Shown in pieces: positions 1 to 14,895 of a stretch of 64,000 nt of DNA (position 1 is its first letter; each line of letters begins with the position of its first letter). The DNA is from Tubulanus polymorphus. Taxonomy: Eukaryota; Animalia; Nemertea. The DNA lies in assembly GCF_964204645.1 (NCBI RefSeq), contig NC_134026.1:26446150-26510149 (forward strand), read 5' to 3'. The position numbers were made by a program, and so were the translations under genes. Below the pieces are notes generated by a model that saw only the letters and a program-made list of their open reading frames with translations, was not told the origin of the DNA and searched no databases.

Positions 1-3000
1 TAAAGGAAGATATTTTCATGATACCATTCCGATCACCTTGAGTGCATTTGCTTGTTCGTAACATAAACTGATTTAGCATCGATAAAACCTTGTCTATTGA
101 ACACATCTAATTTGACACATGATAAACAGCTAGCGACTAATAGACTTTTAAAGGTGAATCAGTTTCATTCCCAATAAACATCTTATCGCACTTGAGTCAC
201 GGTCTTTCTAGAAAATAAATATGCATTAAGGATAGATGGCAGCTGTTTGACAGATCATTCATGAAAGAATGAGATCTACGCTATTCTTAATTCTCACTAA
301 AAATCCCCCAACTTCGGCGAACACGAACTTATCACAAAATTAATAAGCTAGAAAACAAACATATCATTCATGATAAACAAGAAAGTGTTGCTGTTTCGTA
401 AAGCAATATTTCTCGCGAATGATGGATTATTACTTTCGACCCTGAGTCAAACTTAGGTGATCATTCGCAGTCAGCCAGTAGTAATCCTGACAATGTTGAC
501 AACTCAACAAATAGAATCGTGAATGGCAGGCACCAGCTGTATTAAGGGTTGCAAATAATCCTGAATAATTTATTTTGATTGAGTGCATTCGCTTGTTTTC
601 TGTCACTTGAGCTGAAACTAGTAAATTTTAAATCAAAATCAAATGTTTTTACTGGTTAATCAATGTGATACAATGTCAATAAAGTCCAATAGAATCGGAC
701 TCTCGCTAGAAGATAACTGATTTGATGTGAGGGATTGCATAATACACTTTGACGTAAAACTGTCACGTATCTGAATAATTCTACCACGATTTTTTTTAAA
801 TCAATTTTGCGAAAAGATTTATCTATTGCTTTGATCCGTGTTTGATCATACGCCATCAATGACACAAATTTGCCTCATAACTGGTTACAGTTGCGATCAA
901 TGTGTCATCTCGAAGAACGGACTTTGATTTTTTCCGAACGATTTTGGGCAAAAGCAAGGACTTAATTTGACACCGGAATTCTTGTCTACAAATAAATAAA
1001 ACGTAGGAGAAATAGATAAAATCAGTTTGACGCCTAGTTATTTGATGACATGTCATGAATTAGAATAGACTTACTACTTTTTAAATAAAATCTCTCTCCA
1101 ATTGAGAACATCATTACCACACATTGTCCTGTTCTACTCTAATTGCACAGATTGAAATTAATTGACTATATGCGTATCTATGTACAAAGATTTATGATAA
1201 AAATCAACTGAATCAGCTTATGTAAGATGTGAATCAGCGATTCGCATAGATTTGTTCATTTTCTACTTAAAAGCCTTGAGAGGTATAAATAATGCCCACA
1301 AAGCATCGACGAATGTCCACTGCAAAGATCGATACATAAATATCGCTGAGTGGTCTGATGCATGCTGCCCAGGGGGAGAAATAGTTGCGAATTGGCCGCG
1401 TCAGTTTGAAACTAAATGATCGATGAGATGAGACAGTCACCAATGTACTGTTATCATTTGTCTTCGTATTCACAATGACACTCTAAGATTGTTTCCATAG
1501 CCATGTGATCACTTTTTATCAAATTGGCTCAATTATCCGGGGTGCGCGGTATTATCATAACATTGGTAGGTGTTCAGAGTGGAATGACAGTAATTTACCA
1601 TAAACGAAAGAACATCAGGCTGTTATAGCTTACTAAATAGAGACTGTGGCATTTATTGGTATTATATGAACTGGAAATCAAGAAAAACAATGTGTATGTT
1701 GAATTAGCGGTAATTTTCCTCGACGGATTTTTTGAGAGATAACTTCACTTCTCGCTGTGTAGAGATAGCTGTACTGTCACTAATCAGGAATGTATCTTGC
1801 ACAAAAATTCTTAGCACGTTGAAACTGTCAGGCACAGATGTGGCGCATCAGAGCAAGTATTTAACGGTCGAACACCAAAAGAAACTTGACTTCAAATTCC
1901 TTGTAGATCTACGATCCTTAGCAATTCTTCTCTTACTTATGACAGTCTGGGGTTTAGTGATACATCCATGGTTTGGAGTTTTGACAGAAAGCAAGCCCGG
2001 GGTAACATTAATAGCCAGCCTAAATCAATCCTGATATATGACAGCGATTGAGAAATGTTTTCGAGAGACTTTATAATGACCTGACATATAAGCAGAATGA
2101 AAGGTCTCCTATCAGATGAAGAGAGGCCTCGAACTAACGCAGCAGACAAGCCAAAAGTTTCAAACCACATCCATTCAAATGGAGAATTCATTCTGTCAGA
2201 AACCGATGAAGACAAAGGGAAAATTGACAAAATTTTCTCGCTGATTGGATACGGACGCGTGAGGTCAAGGTCATTGAGGGTGATAACGTGATTGTTGAAC
2301 GTTTCCCTCGCGAACCAAACTTGTTCCAGCAGAGATAGTAAATCTGATTACGCTCCGACAGAACCTACCCCTGATAAAAATTTGTCCCGTGGGATGGTAG
2401 ACGTTATCGACTTTCTATTGGTGAACATCGCTTTATTAGAGCTTGTTAGATATGTAATCTATGGCTCTTTGTAGCAATTTTGTCAGTGCCGGCACATTTT
2501 CGTGAACCATGATCCATCGTCAATAGACTAAGCTGTTTTGTTTATTAACCACAATCAGGCAGTGATTTGGATCGGGCACCGATGATGAGTTCGTATATCA
2601 AAAGAGTAACGATTATGCGATCAGCCCAATATACCAGCGAAAATATAATCGACCATGAAAAGTGGATGAAATATGAGACATTTATGACAACAGATTAGAG
2701 TCAAACTGAAGAATATTCACAAATGTCTATAAAATCTTAATACGGAAAGTTAACTAAACTATTCATGCAAGCAATTAGTTCTTTTATGATATGGAAGATG
2801 GCACTTACAGTTATTATGATGAAATAATGTCACTGAGCAATAAATAACGTTGTCATGAAGATCCATAGCAATAAAATAAACCATTGTACGCCTAGATTGA
2901 ATAAGTTGAAGATACAATAAAGCTTGCATGTAATGATAAACTTTTTACATCAGCAACAGGCTTTCAAAAACAAGTTCAAAAGGTCTGGGCTTTAAATCAG

Positions 3001-6000
3001 GTACAGATTTTTTACATGAACGCCAATCTAGCAGGAATCTACTGCGAACGGTTCCACAGATTTTACCGAGCAAATCTTTGTCGACAATTTATAAGATGAA
3101 TGTATGGAATGAAAAGCATTTTGAAGCTCAATAGAGCCACTTGGCATTGGTATAAATCAATAAACCAACCAAAAAAAAAACTCAACACTGATGTAATTTC
3201 TGCCACTGATGATCAAGGCATTGACAGATCTTTCTATAAATTGCTTGACATCTGAAAGCTAATCAGTGAAAGGGGGAGAATTCTGTCCAGTTTGCCAGCA
3301 TCGTTTCAGCACTGCAAGAGAGAATCATAGCTCGCAGGCATTGCACGCAATGTGATGAGATTTTGTTTGAGGTTCATTGATTCTTCGTTTATCGTGAGGA
3401 AAAATTCTAAAAACAGCAACAATCAAGACGAACATCCCTGTTAGTTTACGGTAAATATTTGAGAAGCAATTCCAGCATTAGTCTTATATATACGTAACTG
3501 TTGCGCTGTAAATACGAAATAAGCATTTCGACGTTTGGCTTCTGTTGGTAAATACTAGGCCGTGATTTGAACTGGTCACGATATAAGAGTGCAGGGATTA
3601 GTGTCATTCTCCATTACGATTCTCCGGAGATTCTATGTAAATCCTGCAAAACCATTCCTCAACTACAAGTATCAATATCATGATAAGATAAATCTTCATT
3701 TATGGGCAGAGGAAGGAAAAAGGAGTCTCAAATGACAAGTTTGGCCGTACATTGTCTCCCAGTGTTATCCTGTTACATTCTACATCATACACTCAATCCC
3801 ACAGCTGTTCATCTCGATTGTCTACGGTAATATTGAACAACTTTGAAACTGGATCGTTCATGGTTTGGCAAGCGATGGAATCCTTAAGTAGTAAGCGGTC
3901 TTAATTAAACAGGAAATTTAATCAAATGTGCAGAGGATATTATGCATTTAATATTACGCATTACTTTAGTTAAGCTTATAATCTTAGTAACTGATGGATG
4001 TGGACCAGTGACTGGCTACTGCATTAGAATTCACTTAGTGAAATCATTCAGTATTCATACATAATAAATATATAACCTCTTCCTTGATTGTGATGATGGC
4101 AAGAAAGTTGCGAAAGGTTTAGTATATCAGCCAAAGGCAAAATTATTTTAATTATTGCTGATCAGTTTTGCTAGGAAGCTAGCGGGGGTCTAATGTTCTG
4201 ATGATACATATCAAGGCCCGAAAAAAGTATTCCTTTTCACAAATACCCTTTTTACTAAAAAATTACAACCCTTTAGAAATCCTAGGCCCGTGCTGGTAAG
4301 ACTAGTTAATGACCATGCTGAAAAAAATCTATTCTAGAAACATGTGTCCCGGGTGAATAACTGCATTGATGAACAAGAACAGATACTCGACTTACAGTTA
4401 CGTAACTGAATGGTTTTGTCGGCAAAAATAACAGGTACATTTTTTCAGGAATGGCAACATTTTGTCTCCGGTTTCTCAGTAGATTGAGACATCATGGAAA
4501 CATAACAGTCGTAAATTCAGTTAAAGAGTTTCAGGAATCTGTTGAAGTGTGAAAGAAACAGTTGAAGAATTGTTGCTCAGTTGCCACAAGACCGAAGTCG
4601 TAAATTCAGAAAATGGTTTGCCAAAAAAGTGAGATAGCTATTAAGATATTTATGAAGCTACAACAGTTGTACTAAGTCGGGTCTGTTTCCACAGATGTAT
4701 TCCCTCACAAGAATCCCTTAACCAATTATATTTTAGATAGATTTAATGTCAAGGGTCTATAGAAGAGTAACGCACTGGATTAATGAAAGCAGGACATCAC
4801 AAATACCAAATCAATAATCAATCATAGAGCACATTAAGTGGTCAATAAGTAATGATAGATATGGGTAATCATTTAAGCATGTCTCAAACATTAATCCTTC
4901 ACACAACAGGAGATGACGTTCGCTGTATGAACTTGAGAAATGACAGTTGAACGATAATGAATGAGTCTCTTCTTCAAAGTTTCTTCTGCGCCGTCCGGAC
5001 CTGGCATGCTACAGCTTAAAACTGTGCGAAAAAGATCGTAATCATCATCTTACTTGACAAGTATCGAACAACGCAGCTATTTCAACAAATACATAATTCA
5101 TGCCAGCGGCGGCAGCACAAGAAGGGCTATCACGGTAACTGAATTTGCTCGGGACAAGCACATACTTATGACAACATATTCAGAACAATCAAAGACGAGC
5201 GTTGATAAAAAGCCTATTTTCATGACGAACACTTTGATGCTTTTCCGATACTACAATTACTTAGACACTCTCTGATACGATATCCATGTCTGGTAATGAT
5301 CTCAACCAGTGGTAGATCAAGCGCTGAATCAATAAAATAACCCTTTTATCAAAAAACATCACATGAATAGTTTATAAATGCATATCTGCAATCTGGTCAA
5401 TACAAGAGATATACCCGGTGAATGTGTTACACAAATCGGCTGTCTGAACATTCACTACGTTAGTGATAAAATTATCAATGATTAAAATAAGTTGATATTT
5501 TGAGATGGTCGGATAGCTGGGACATATCCTCGGGGATTCCGGATATCAGTGTCGTCTACGTCCTGCCTTTGAACAAGCATCGCAGCAATGCAGCGAATCC
5601 TGTCGTGCGATATACCTGAAAATCAATACTTAATCTCCAAGTCAAAAATCGCATTTACATAGTGTCAAATGAGAGAGGAAATCATTTACTGTTAAATCTT
5701 CATAATAATCTCGATAATCTGAGCTACTGAAAAGATACAAAGATACAAAAATACTAATTGCCACAATGAAAGTAGTTCTATTCCATAGCTATTTTACTCT
5801 TCTAGTGCCATAATTTTTCGTCGGTTTATATTAATATTGAAATATCAACGCTTGAATTTGTTTTGAAAAAAAGTTTTTACTTTTTATTCCCGGCAGATGA
5901 GGAGTTCATTCGAACATTTCAATCAATGTAAGTCAGCCGTGTATCGTGTCTGTGTGTTTACATTAACATTTAGTCACAAAAATTTAATTTCTAATCAAGC

Positions 6001-9000
6001 GTCCGCACAAAGTGCTGCATTGATCTGTCAAATCCCCAATGGCACTGCTAATAAAGAGTTGTTCATTTAAAAAGGTAATGGAAACTTGAATTCTGACACT
6101 TCTTATCAGATTCATATCCTACTCATGCAGCCACAAAACTGATCTCAAGGCTAACACAATTCCCAACCCAATCATCTAAGTATTTTTTCTCATATCATTG
6201 AATTATTTTCTGACTAAAACTACCATCTAATTAGATTCACCATTCCCTTTTATATAGATCTGTCAATTTTAAAAATTAACCAAGCTAGCTCCCACTCGCT
6301 TTACCAAGCCCAGAATTCAATGTACACCTTTATCAAGCTGGTAAAAATTGATAACAGATTTCAGATATCTCAAACACGTTTTCTTTAGCATAAAATCATA
6401 ATAAAATGCCCCGTTAAGATTGTATCGTAGCCAGTGTTTTTGATGAAGATTTTCTTATTCTCAAAGTAATTTTCACATTTGTAGTCATATTGTCGAGAGA
6501 CTACATTAAGGCATTTCGGCCGATAAATATCTGCATCTCTGCAGGGAATTCACAAATTTGCTTTATTTGCCATCAAAAGACGAGATGACCTGCGCTCTTT
6601 TCGTCAGCGTAGAAGAGAAGAATACGAGTGTTCTGACGAAGATATTCACCGATAAAGGTTTCAGAGTCACATTTAACTGACACATTAGAATTCTTGTTAA
6701 TTCGATCTCGCCGTTGACTTCATTGTTCTAACGTTGATTACAAGAGCGATGTTTCATGCCATGACCAGATACCCCGATAGCGATAGAATGTCTGGTTTTT
6801 GTTCTCAGTCACTTGCGACATGAATCCGTACTAAACAGGCAAATCATTTTGCGTTTAGGGGAAATGCTTTCTGTCAGTCATTCTTTTGGGTATTGATTAC
6901 GTCTTGAACTTCACTGATCACATTTCTTCTTCCGACAGAAGTGCGTATGTGTATGTGAAAACTTTAATCATTCCAACTGGTCAAATTCACTTATACTGTA
7001 CAGTTCAAAACATTTTTTTCTGAAATGTGAAGTTCAATGTCATTCTAGAAATATAATGAAATCCATTATGCACTGAATAATGATGATTTCAGCGCATTAT
7101 CAAGACAAGCAAATAGCACAGCCACAGCATGGGTAGGGCACACCATTGCTAGAATGGAGTAACGTCACTGAGGTCCAAAAATGCTATTTCTCGGGTCTTA
7201 TATTGAGCACTGACATATTCTAGGACATTCTACCCATATTCCTGGTCACGCATTACCAAATGTGAAGACTGAAGGCGCTGTGGCTTAAGATGAGTAGCGT
7301 GACAAACATATCCTCACCACTGTCAATTAGAGTATGATGATATATTTTTGTGTGAAAGTCGAAATTTCTCTGTCTAGATGATAGATGGGAATTGTCCAGC
7401 TGGGTATTCTTATGACTGATTGTCAGACACATTTACCCACACTTCATGGGGAGGATTTAAAAAAAGTATTCTGTTTCAGTAGTTAAAACTGAAGAAAAGT
7501 TTTGCTCGGCAACTAACTTGATAAGTTTGATACGAAACTCAATAAACGAAGAAATGTCCTACTTCCAATATCACAAAATTACCATATTATCATTATACGA
7601 TGGAACTGTTACCTTTAATGATAAGATATGATGAATTAGACTGGTGTGCGAGTAAGTTATCGAGGGACCATGAGGCGTGACTGTAAGATCTAAACATCAC
7701 AGAAAATTGCCTTAATAATTCAAAATTACTGAAGAAAATAAAGACATCTCCTGCCAAAATTGGTTTCTAGCTTGTAGTAATCGTAAGCGTAGCAATCATA
7801 CTGCATCAGCTTCAATTACGTATGGCTTAAGTTTTGACAAATTAGTGTTATAAATCATAATCATTTTCCTGACGAATGATAGTTCAGAGAAACGCTCTTT
7901 TTTAATTCTCACCATTAAATCAATGTGAAAACAATGCTTATTTGGGATAAACGAGTGACGAATTCTGCGAAATAAGTTTTCTGATAGACAGGCGTTTTGC
8001 GATGATGCCGCCTCAGACTGTTATTTCATTCGACATTCAAAGAAAATGGAAACGCATGCTGGTCATCTTCAGTTGATGGGCATCTAATCCAGTTTCTTTG
8101 GTACGAAACCTCCGTAAACAAAGCTTACAGCAGATGACGATGAGAAGATTCCCAGTGCAATCCTACTACTACCATTTCTTAGATCTCATCTCATTACCGT
8201 AATCTTTTCTGTTTCTGATGGATGCAATTTACAATCATTTCATGCTCACTTTAACCAAATGATGTGAGAAAATGACCTCGGAATTGTATTGTCTTCAGAA
8301 CTGTGTGCATACCTACAAGACTCCATTTGATACAATTAACTGAATTGAAAAAAACTTTATTTGAAAAAACAAGCTCAAAAGCAAAAGCATATGGGAATCT
8401 CAGAGAACTTAACTAGTTGATCGAAGGACAAAAACATTCTTGGCCTATTATTCAACCCTGGCTAGTCGTTATTACTAACAACTTTCAGCTGAAAGCTACT
8501 TTATAGCCTTGTAAACTACCATCTTGCATTATCGAAGGAGACAAGCAAGGATACGTAGTATTCATGTAAATCATGATTACCCATACACTTATGTGTCAGC
8601 GTACGTTGAAAACCATGGCGGTAATGTCTCAGATAAAAGTTTCCCAGAAAGTTTGACAAATTTCTTCTGTCGCTGATCAACATGTTCATACCTTTATCAA
8701 AAAAGTTAATGGTCGTAGTCAGTGATTATGGCTTTGCTCTCAACACATCATTAATCAGGTTTCCGGGCTTTGGCAGCTAGAGGGGCAAAAATACTTTACT
8801 AACTGGCAATAAACGCATGAATAATATCAGATTTGTGATACGTCGAGCCCATGAATCTGGATCTGTGAATTCAGATGAAAAATCCTTGCTCGGAATACCA
8901 GAAATGATATTTCTCATCAAGGAAATAGGACAGGATATTAAAAACGATAATAACATAACAATAGCTGTTTATTTCTCATTTTCTTTATGCCCTATATTTC

Positions 9001-12000
9001 ATCACAATGATCCTCGCATAAAAGTGAGTTACGGTCAATCATATACAGACAAATTTCTTTAAGAAATCGGCGAGAGTTTTTCCTAAATACCTTTCTCAGA
9101 CTAGTTACGGTTGAGAGTGTTAACAATGACGTTATTTGGTGTGAAAGAAAAGATTAATCGAGCTGAGAAGGTGTTTTACCCATTTACAGTGGTCGTACTA
9201 GTAGATCACCCTTTTAATATGGTGACTGATGACTGCGCATAATCCATGGATTTAATGCAGGGACATCATTCTTTACTAAGACTGTCACATTTAAAACAAC
9301 GCAAGCAGCTTTCTGAACGAAAATTATGGTAATCCCCAATTTGTCTTGCTCTGAAGATAGAGAACAGGTGAATAAGACGCCATATAACTGATCACACTAT
9401 GGCTATACAAATGAGCGCAGTATAAGGATCCATTACAAAATGGCTTCTACATGTTCAAAAGCTTTCAATCCGGCTTTTTGATTGTCTTCATTTTCTCATA
9501 CTTCCATCCATCTCCATATCAAAGGCCGAAATGTGAAAGATATATATCCTGACATTTATCAAGTGTATAAATTGCCAGTTCTTGCCATGGAGAAATTGTT
9601 GCCTGAATGTTGTCTGAGGCCCAAATTAGCTATTTGTTAACATCATCTATGAGAAAGGTTGTCATTTTGCTAACAACATCTCATAAAACACTGTCTAATA
9701 CGTCATGAGATTGAAAACTGATATCCTAATTATTCTGAACATGAGATCCTTATTATCAGGATTTGCTCATGAATCATTTAAGATTAAAAAAGCGCTCATA
9801 ATAATTAGTCCGGGTTAGCTAATGATTTCTGCCGAAGAAACTTGAGCTCTAGCAATGTATAATTTGGACTGGCGTATGGAGTAGAATACATCAGAACAGG
9901 CAATGTTTGGAAAGTCGCAGAGACAAAATGGAACAGTATTATGCGATGCCTTATCAAAAATAATCACGTCTGGCAAAGTCCAACTGTCTCAGTCAAATTA
10001 TCACAGGCATATTATATACATATATTGCTTAATGATGAGTTGAGTTCTTAAAGGAGGTGATAATCCATCTGACAGCTGTGTCACATTATCATCAGTCCCT
10101 GGTTTCCTACAGTGTGATTTTACTTTATTTTTTGTAAATAAAAAAAATGCTAATTTTATATACCACCTATATCGCAGTTTCTTATAATCATAAGCCAAAA
10201 CTACTCGTCCATCATAGAAAATTTATGAATATTTTTATGATTTATTCATGTCCTTGTAGACCCAATTGTTCTGTATCGACAGTCTGTATATATCTGGAGC
10301 ATTCTAAGAGATATCTAAATATCTAGATGTTTAAAACTGAATGCATGATATTTATTTGTGCCCAACAAAATATGCCAGTTTAAACTAACCACTCAAAGAT
10401 GAAAGCAGCGATGAAAACATTCTTATTTAGTCCTTTTAGATGCAATAAGTAGAGGAAGGTTATGGGGTACAGGGCATGGATAAATCTTCATCAAGGTACT
10501 TATCGCAAAATAAATTTTTATTTACAAGAACAATGAATGAAAGCCAGCCAAGAAGGTAACACCATGGAATACGTGACCATCCTCCTGGAAAACTAATAAA
10601 AATATTATACGAACAAGGTGTTTGTCAGCAGACAAAACAATGAAAATAAAAATGCTTATTCAGTACAGAATAAGCCGTTTCTTAGAATTATTTTGGAAAA
10701 GAAATTGGTCTTGATAATAATTCTTTCAAGGCAGCCACAACTGATGAATTAATTCCGTAATCCCTAGCTATACAAGTAGTATAACACAGGCAGAGCTTGT
10801 TTTGTCTGATCCCAGGGATTAATCTCAGGAAAAACTGCGTCTGAATCAACACCTCATTTCAACTTTTTCGTAAGCAATTTCCATCGACAAGAAATTTAAC
10901 CAAATGTCTGAATGATTAGGAAAACTGCTCAAAATGAATCTTTAAAATACAAGTGGATATACATTATACATCTGCCGCAAATTACAGTTCTTGGCCAAAG
11001 AAGCAGTGGGATTTTACCATTTACTCCAGGCTGTAGGGAAATGAACACTGGCAAAATAAAAATTAGGAAATTTCGCCTCACATATGTTGTGCCTGCCATA
11101 AGCGCTTCGTGGCATTTTGTCCGTAGTTATGAAGACACAGTTGACGAGTTTATATTTGTCTTCATCGGAAATTTTTGTTCGTAAACAGCAAATTGAATGG
11201 CTCCACTATAGCAAACACCTCAGAGCACTATTGAAAACAATTTTGTCTCTAAAAGTGAAGCCATAATCAATTTATGTGACATCACCATCCATGGGACTTA
11301 ATATACTATTGACCACTGGAAACATCAGCAAACCTAATATTCTTTTGTCAATATTAATCTATCCTTTTAGGCTTGCGTTGTAGCCCGAATCAAACTCAAA
11401 ATTGCATCATTTTTATCTACAGCCTGAAACCACAGTTTACATTTTGATACCTCGGAAAATGTTGAGACGTCAATAAACCAATAACCACTACACCATAGTG
11501 AATACAGCTGAGTGTATTCCGTACGAATGAGAATTGAGGAACTGATGACCCGGTTTAATCATGGAGCCGTAAGACTGAATTGAACTGGGGGTATAATCTA
11601 AAATCGAAAGGTAATATGAACGTCTTACTCTAAGGTCAAAACGGTATTTCCCACCCACACGCAATCTTATGACGACTTAGGAAAGAAATAAGTCAGAGAA
11701 TAGGCTATCATATCAAAATTATCTATGGTTAATAATGTTACCGAATGGACAGCTTATGAATTTTGGAAATAACAACAACGTCTGATATTCAGAAAGATTA
11801 TCACGACTGTCATAATCCAGACAAATTATCAGAAGAGAAATAATAAAGAATGTTATCTATTTCATATATTTTCTCATGTTAGTGATGTATAGTCATTACC
11901 ACATCTATTTGGCAGCCATAATCCCGACACTGCCACCACGGAGCATTTATAAATCTTTTTAATGTCACTAATAGCCATCATTATCATAGATAATTCTCAC

Positions 12001-12657
12001 TGTCTCCAGATACAAGCTGAAAAAACGACGAACCTGCCAATTCCAACACGAATAGTCGAACAGCTCATTTTCCTCGGTGACTGCAATCGAAAAAGAAGCC
12101 CCTCAATCGAGCGATGCATTCGATCAATTGCGGGTTCCTGATTCGTGTTTTCAGGATTTAACTCTATCTATTAAATCAATAGATAAGTAGTTGGTGGATA
12201 TACCTTCAATGATCAAAGGTAAGATAGGTATTAAACGAGGTTAAGAGATTTGTGTTACTTCATTAATTCTAATGGACTCACACAGTCATCTTCCCTCTAA
12301 CGAGTCTATATATTTCCATCATATTTTAGATAACTTCGCTGACTCACTATACTTATTATCTATTTCTATGAGAAAACCTGTCAGGGCATTGTTTTGAATC
12401 TGTTCCTTTTGATATGATTGATGATATTTTTTCAATGATTCAATGAATATTTATTTGAAAGGACAGGAACGGCTGATAGTCTGATTATCTCTGATTTCTA
12501 AGAAAGCGCTTATCACTAAATGTGACTACTTAAATAATTCAGCAGGTGAACATGTTTTTCTCCGCTACAAGCAATCTTATGATGACTACGGAAGTGAGAA
12601 AATAATCGACAAAGCTTTTATACCAAATTATTGTTTCGTTGTAAAGAGACGGTTTGG

Positions 12658-12682
12658 TATATATATATATATTTATATATAT
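12658..12682. repeat. (TA)n microsatellite
   Basis: tatatatatatatatttatatatat seen directly. Similar tracts occur at 25381-25396, 26834-26846 and 63083-63100. Confidence 0.85.
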
Positions 12683-14510
12683 TACGACAGGATACGTAGC
12701 ATGAAGCCATAAGTTAAACTGTGTGACATTTTAGAGATGAGAGAAAATCAAATAGCAATCTTTTCACATTTGTCAACGAGACAAGTTTTTGTACGGGCCT
12801 CCAGCCTTACACTATGATGAGTAACTAATAACTTAATGTAAATTGATGACAAAAAATGTCATTCTAAATGACTTGCGCGTGATAAAAATCGAATACATTA
12901 ACCTATGTATAATCTAATAAATTGGCTAAACCTCAATAGCTATATTCTATTAATGCCAATATGCTATTAATCTTGATTATTTGATTATGCTGCTGAAATC
13001 GATGAAATACAGACTGAATTGCTATATTGATGTAAAGCGTTTTTACCCGCTGGCTAAAGAAGTCATAACAGGACTAGTTACATAGACCGAAAATGACATT
13101 TGATAATCAGAAAAATGAATCTCGTACTTGAAACACAAAATTTATCTTTCATATTCAGCTTGGCTTCAGTTTATGCGAAGAGGAATCCTTTCAAAAGTAA
13201 TAACTTTACTCAATAAACAGTCGAGAATGATATTAGTAATATTTCTTAAAGCAGACATGTTGTCAGAGTAAGTTTGAATATTATAAGAAATAAATGGTGG
13301 ATGAAGAAATGATATTCATCACAATATATATCTCTATAACAAGAATAAACAACATGGATTGAATAGATAGAATTTAAGGTTGTAGTAGAAATGTTTGTTC
13401 AGTAGTCCACGGTCGAGTAGAAGCATTGAATTTAGCTGAACATGATAATAATTGCAGTTCTATGCTTGATCAGTAACATGCCTGAAACAGGAAATCTGAC
13501 ATTTATACAGAAAAACGCATCTTTTCTGGCAGTCGGAGAATGGACATCGCAAAGACCCTGCGCGATTAATGAAAACATTCATATCTCAAACAGCCCACTG
13601 ATAGCGTGGAAGATGTTTCTTTTGTGAAATTGGTATTCGCATGCCAGTTCCAGGAGATCAAATTTTGCGATGATCAATACAAGTTTTGGACGCATCAGTA
13701 AGCAACTTGCTACATTACAGCTGATCTTTTGTGTAAGTTTGTTCGCAGATTTTCCGCGGGAGGAATTTTCTCTCCCCCCTGATTATTTCCAGGGAGTTTC
13801 CCTCCCCTCCTCAGTTTTCCCAATGACAACATTGAACTGCTAAAAAACTATCTGAAATGTCATAAACCCTGCTCAAACCAGAGTGAAATCACTTAAGCCA
13901 ACATTACAGATTATGAAATAATGTCAAGCTAAAAGCTGCACAATCTCAAGTCATATAGGTTTAAAAATAATCTTCCAGATCACAGATCGATGAAAACTAT
14001 ATTTGTTGTCCTCACTCTTGAATTAATTTTCTATTGTTAGAAATAAACAGTGACCTGAAACAAATGGTCATCGTTTCTTTCATATTTGATAACATTTCTT
14101 CACATGTCGTAAAACAATATCACAAGGAATCGGAAGTACCTCGTACAACACCAACGCACATAAAACTGATTGAAGTTATTAATGGTCTCTCTAACTGAAT
14201 CAATTCATTTCTCCATTCCACGGTTCCATTTCCTGTAGCCAGTATGAGTATCATATTCAGTTAGGAGGAAACTGAGTGGCCATTCATCTTATTTATAGCC
14301 ATATCAAGGCCAGACTCACAAGAAAAGATCTCAGAATTTGGCTGTGATTTACAGAACAGATTAACAAGAATAAAAATTCCCAACTGATATAATTGACACA
14401 GCAAGGGTATATGACCTCTCTAAGGGAATTCAATAACGAGAGTTTATGAGCACCTATTTTGACACAGGGTCCTTGTCTTAGTCTCCATCATCCAATAGTT
14501 TGTTTGGGCT

Positions 14511-14895
14511 ATAGCCACGATCACATGAGCCAACTGTTGCCAATGGGTGCGTGCTTAGCTTATTTGACATGGGCCAAATTTGGCCCGACCAAAAATGTTG
14601 GATCAGACCTGTCCCAACTTTTCCGACATTTTTGGTTGGGCCAAACAGACCCGGGCCCATTTGGCTACCGTGTGAACAGTTGTTCCGGGGAAACAGTTGT
14701 ACCAGGCCAAAAATGCTCGTGTGATGTTAACTGGTTCTCACCTCACTTGCCACAGGATCATTCAATAGCCGTTCAGTAATGAGTGAATGACTTACATGTG
14801 AGCGAGCTCTCTAATTAAGCGCGAGCCAAATTTAACTCGGGTTTGGTCCGGATCAGTTTGACCGAGGCCATGTTGTCTCTATGTGATTAAGGCTC
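14511..14895. mobile_element. Degenerate MITE-like element(s), PIF/Harbinger-like termini, with internal hairpin
   Basis: Terminal motifs agccacgatcacatgagc (about 14513) and gctcgtgtgatg (about 14716). Internal 22-bp inverted repeat 14581-14602 / 14622-14643. Shares ccatttggc..gtgtgaacagttg with the 49.6 kb copy and gctctctaatta.gc.cg.gcc with the 63.5 kb copy. Confidence 0.6.

Noticed and set aside
14459-14779. Overlapping ORFs sharing FGPTKNVG on both strands
   Set aside because: Caused by the inverted repeat of the MITE-like element, not protein homology.
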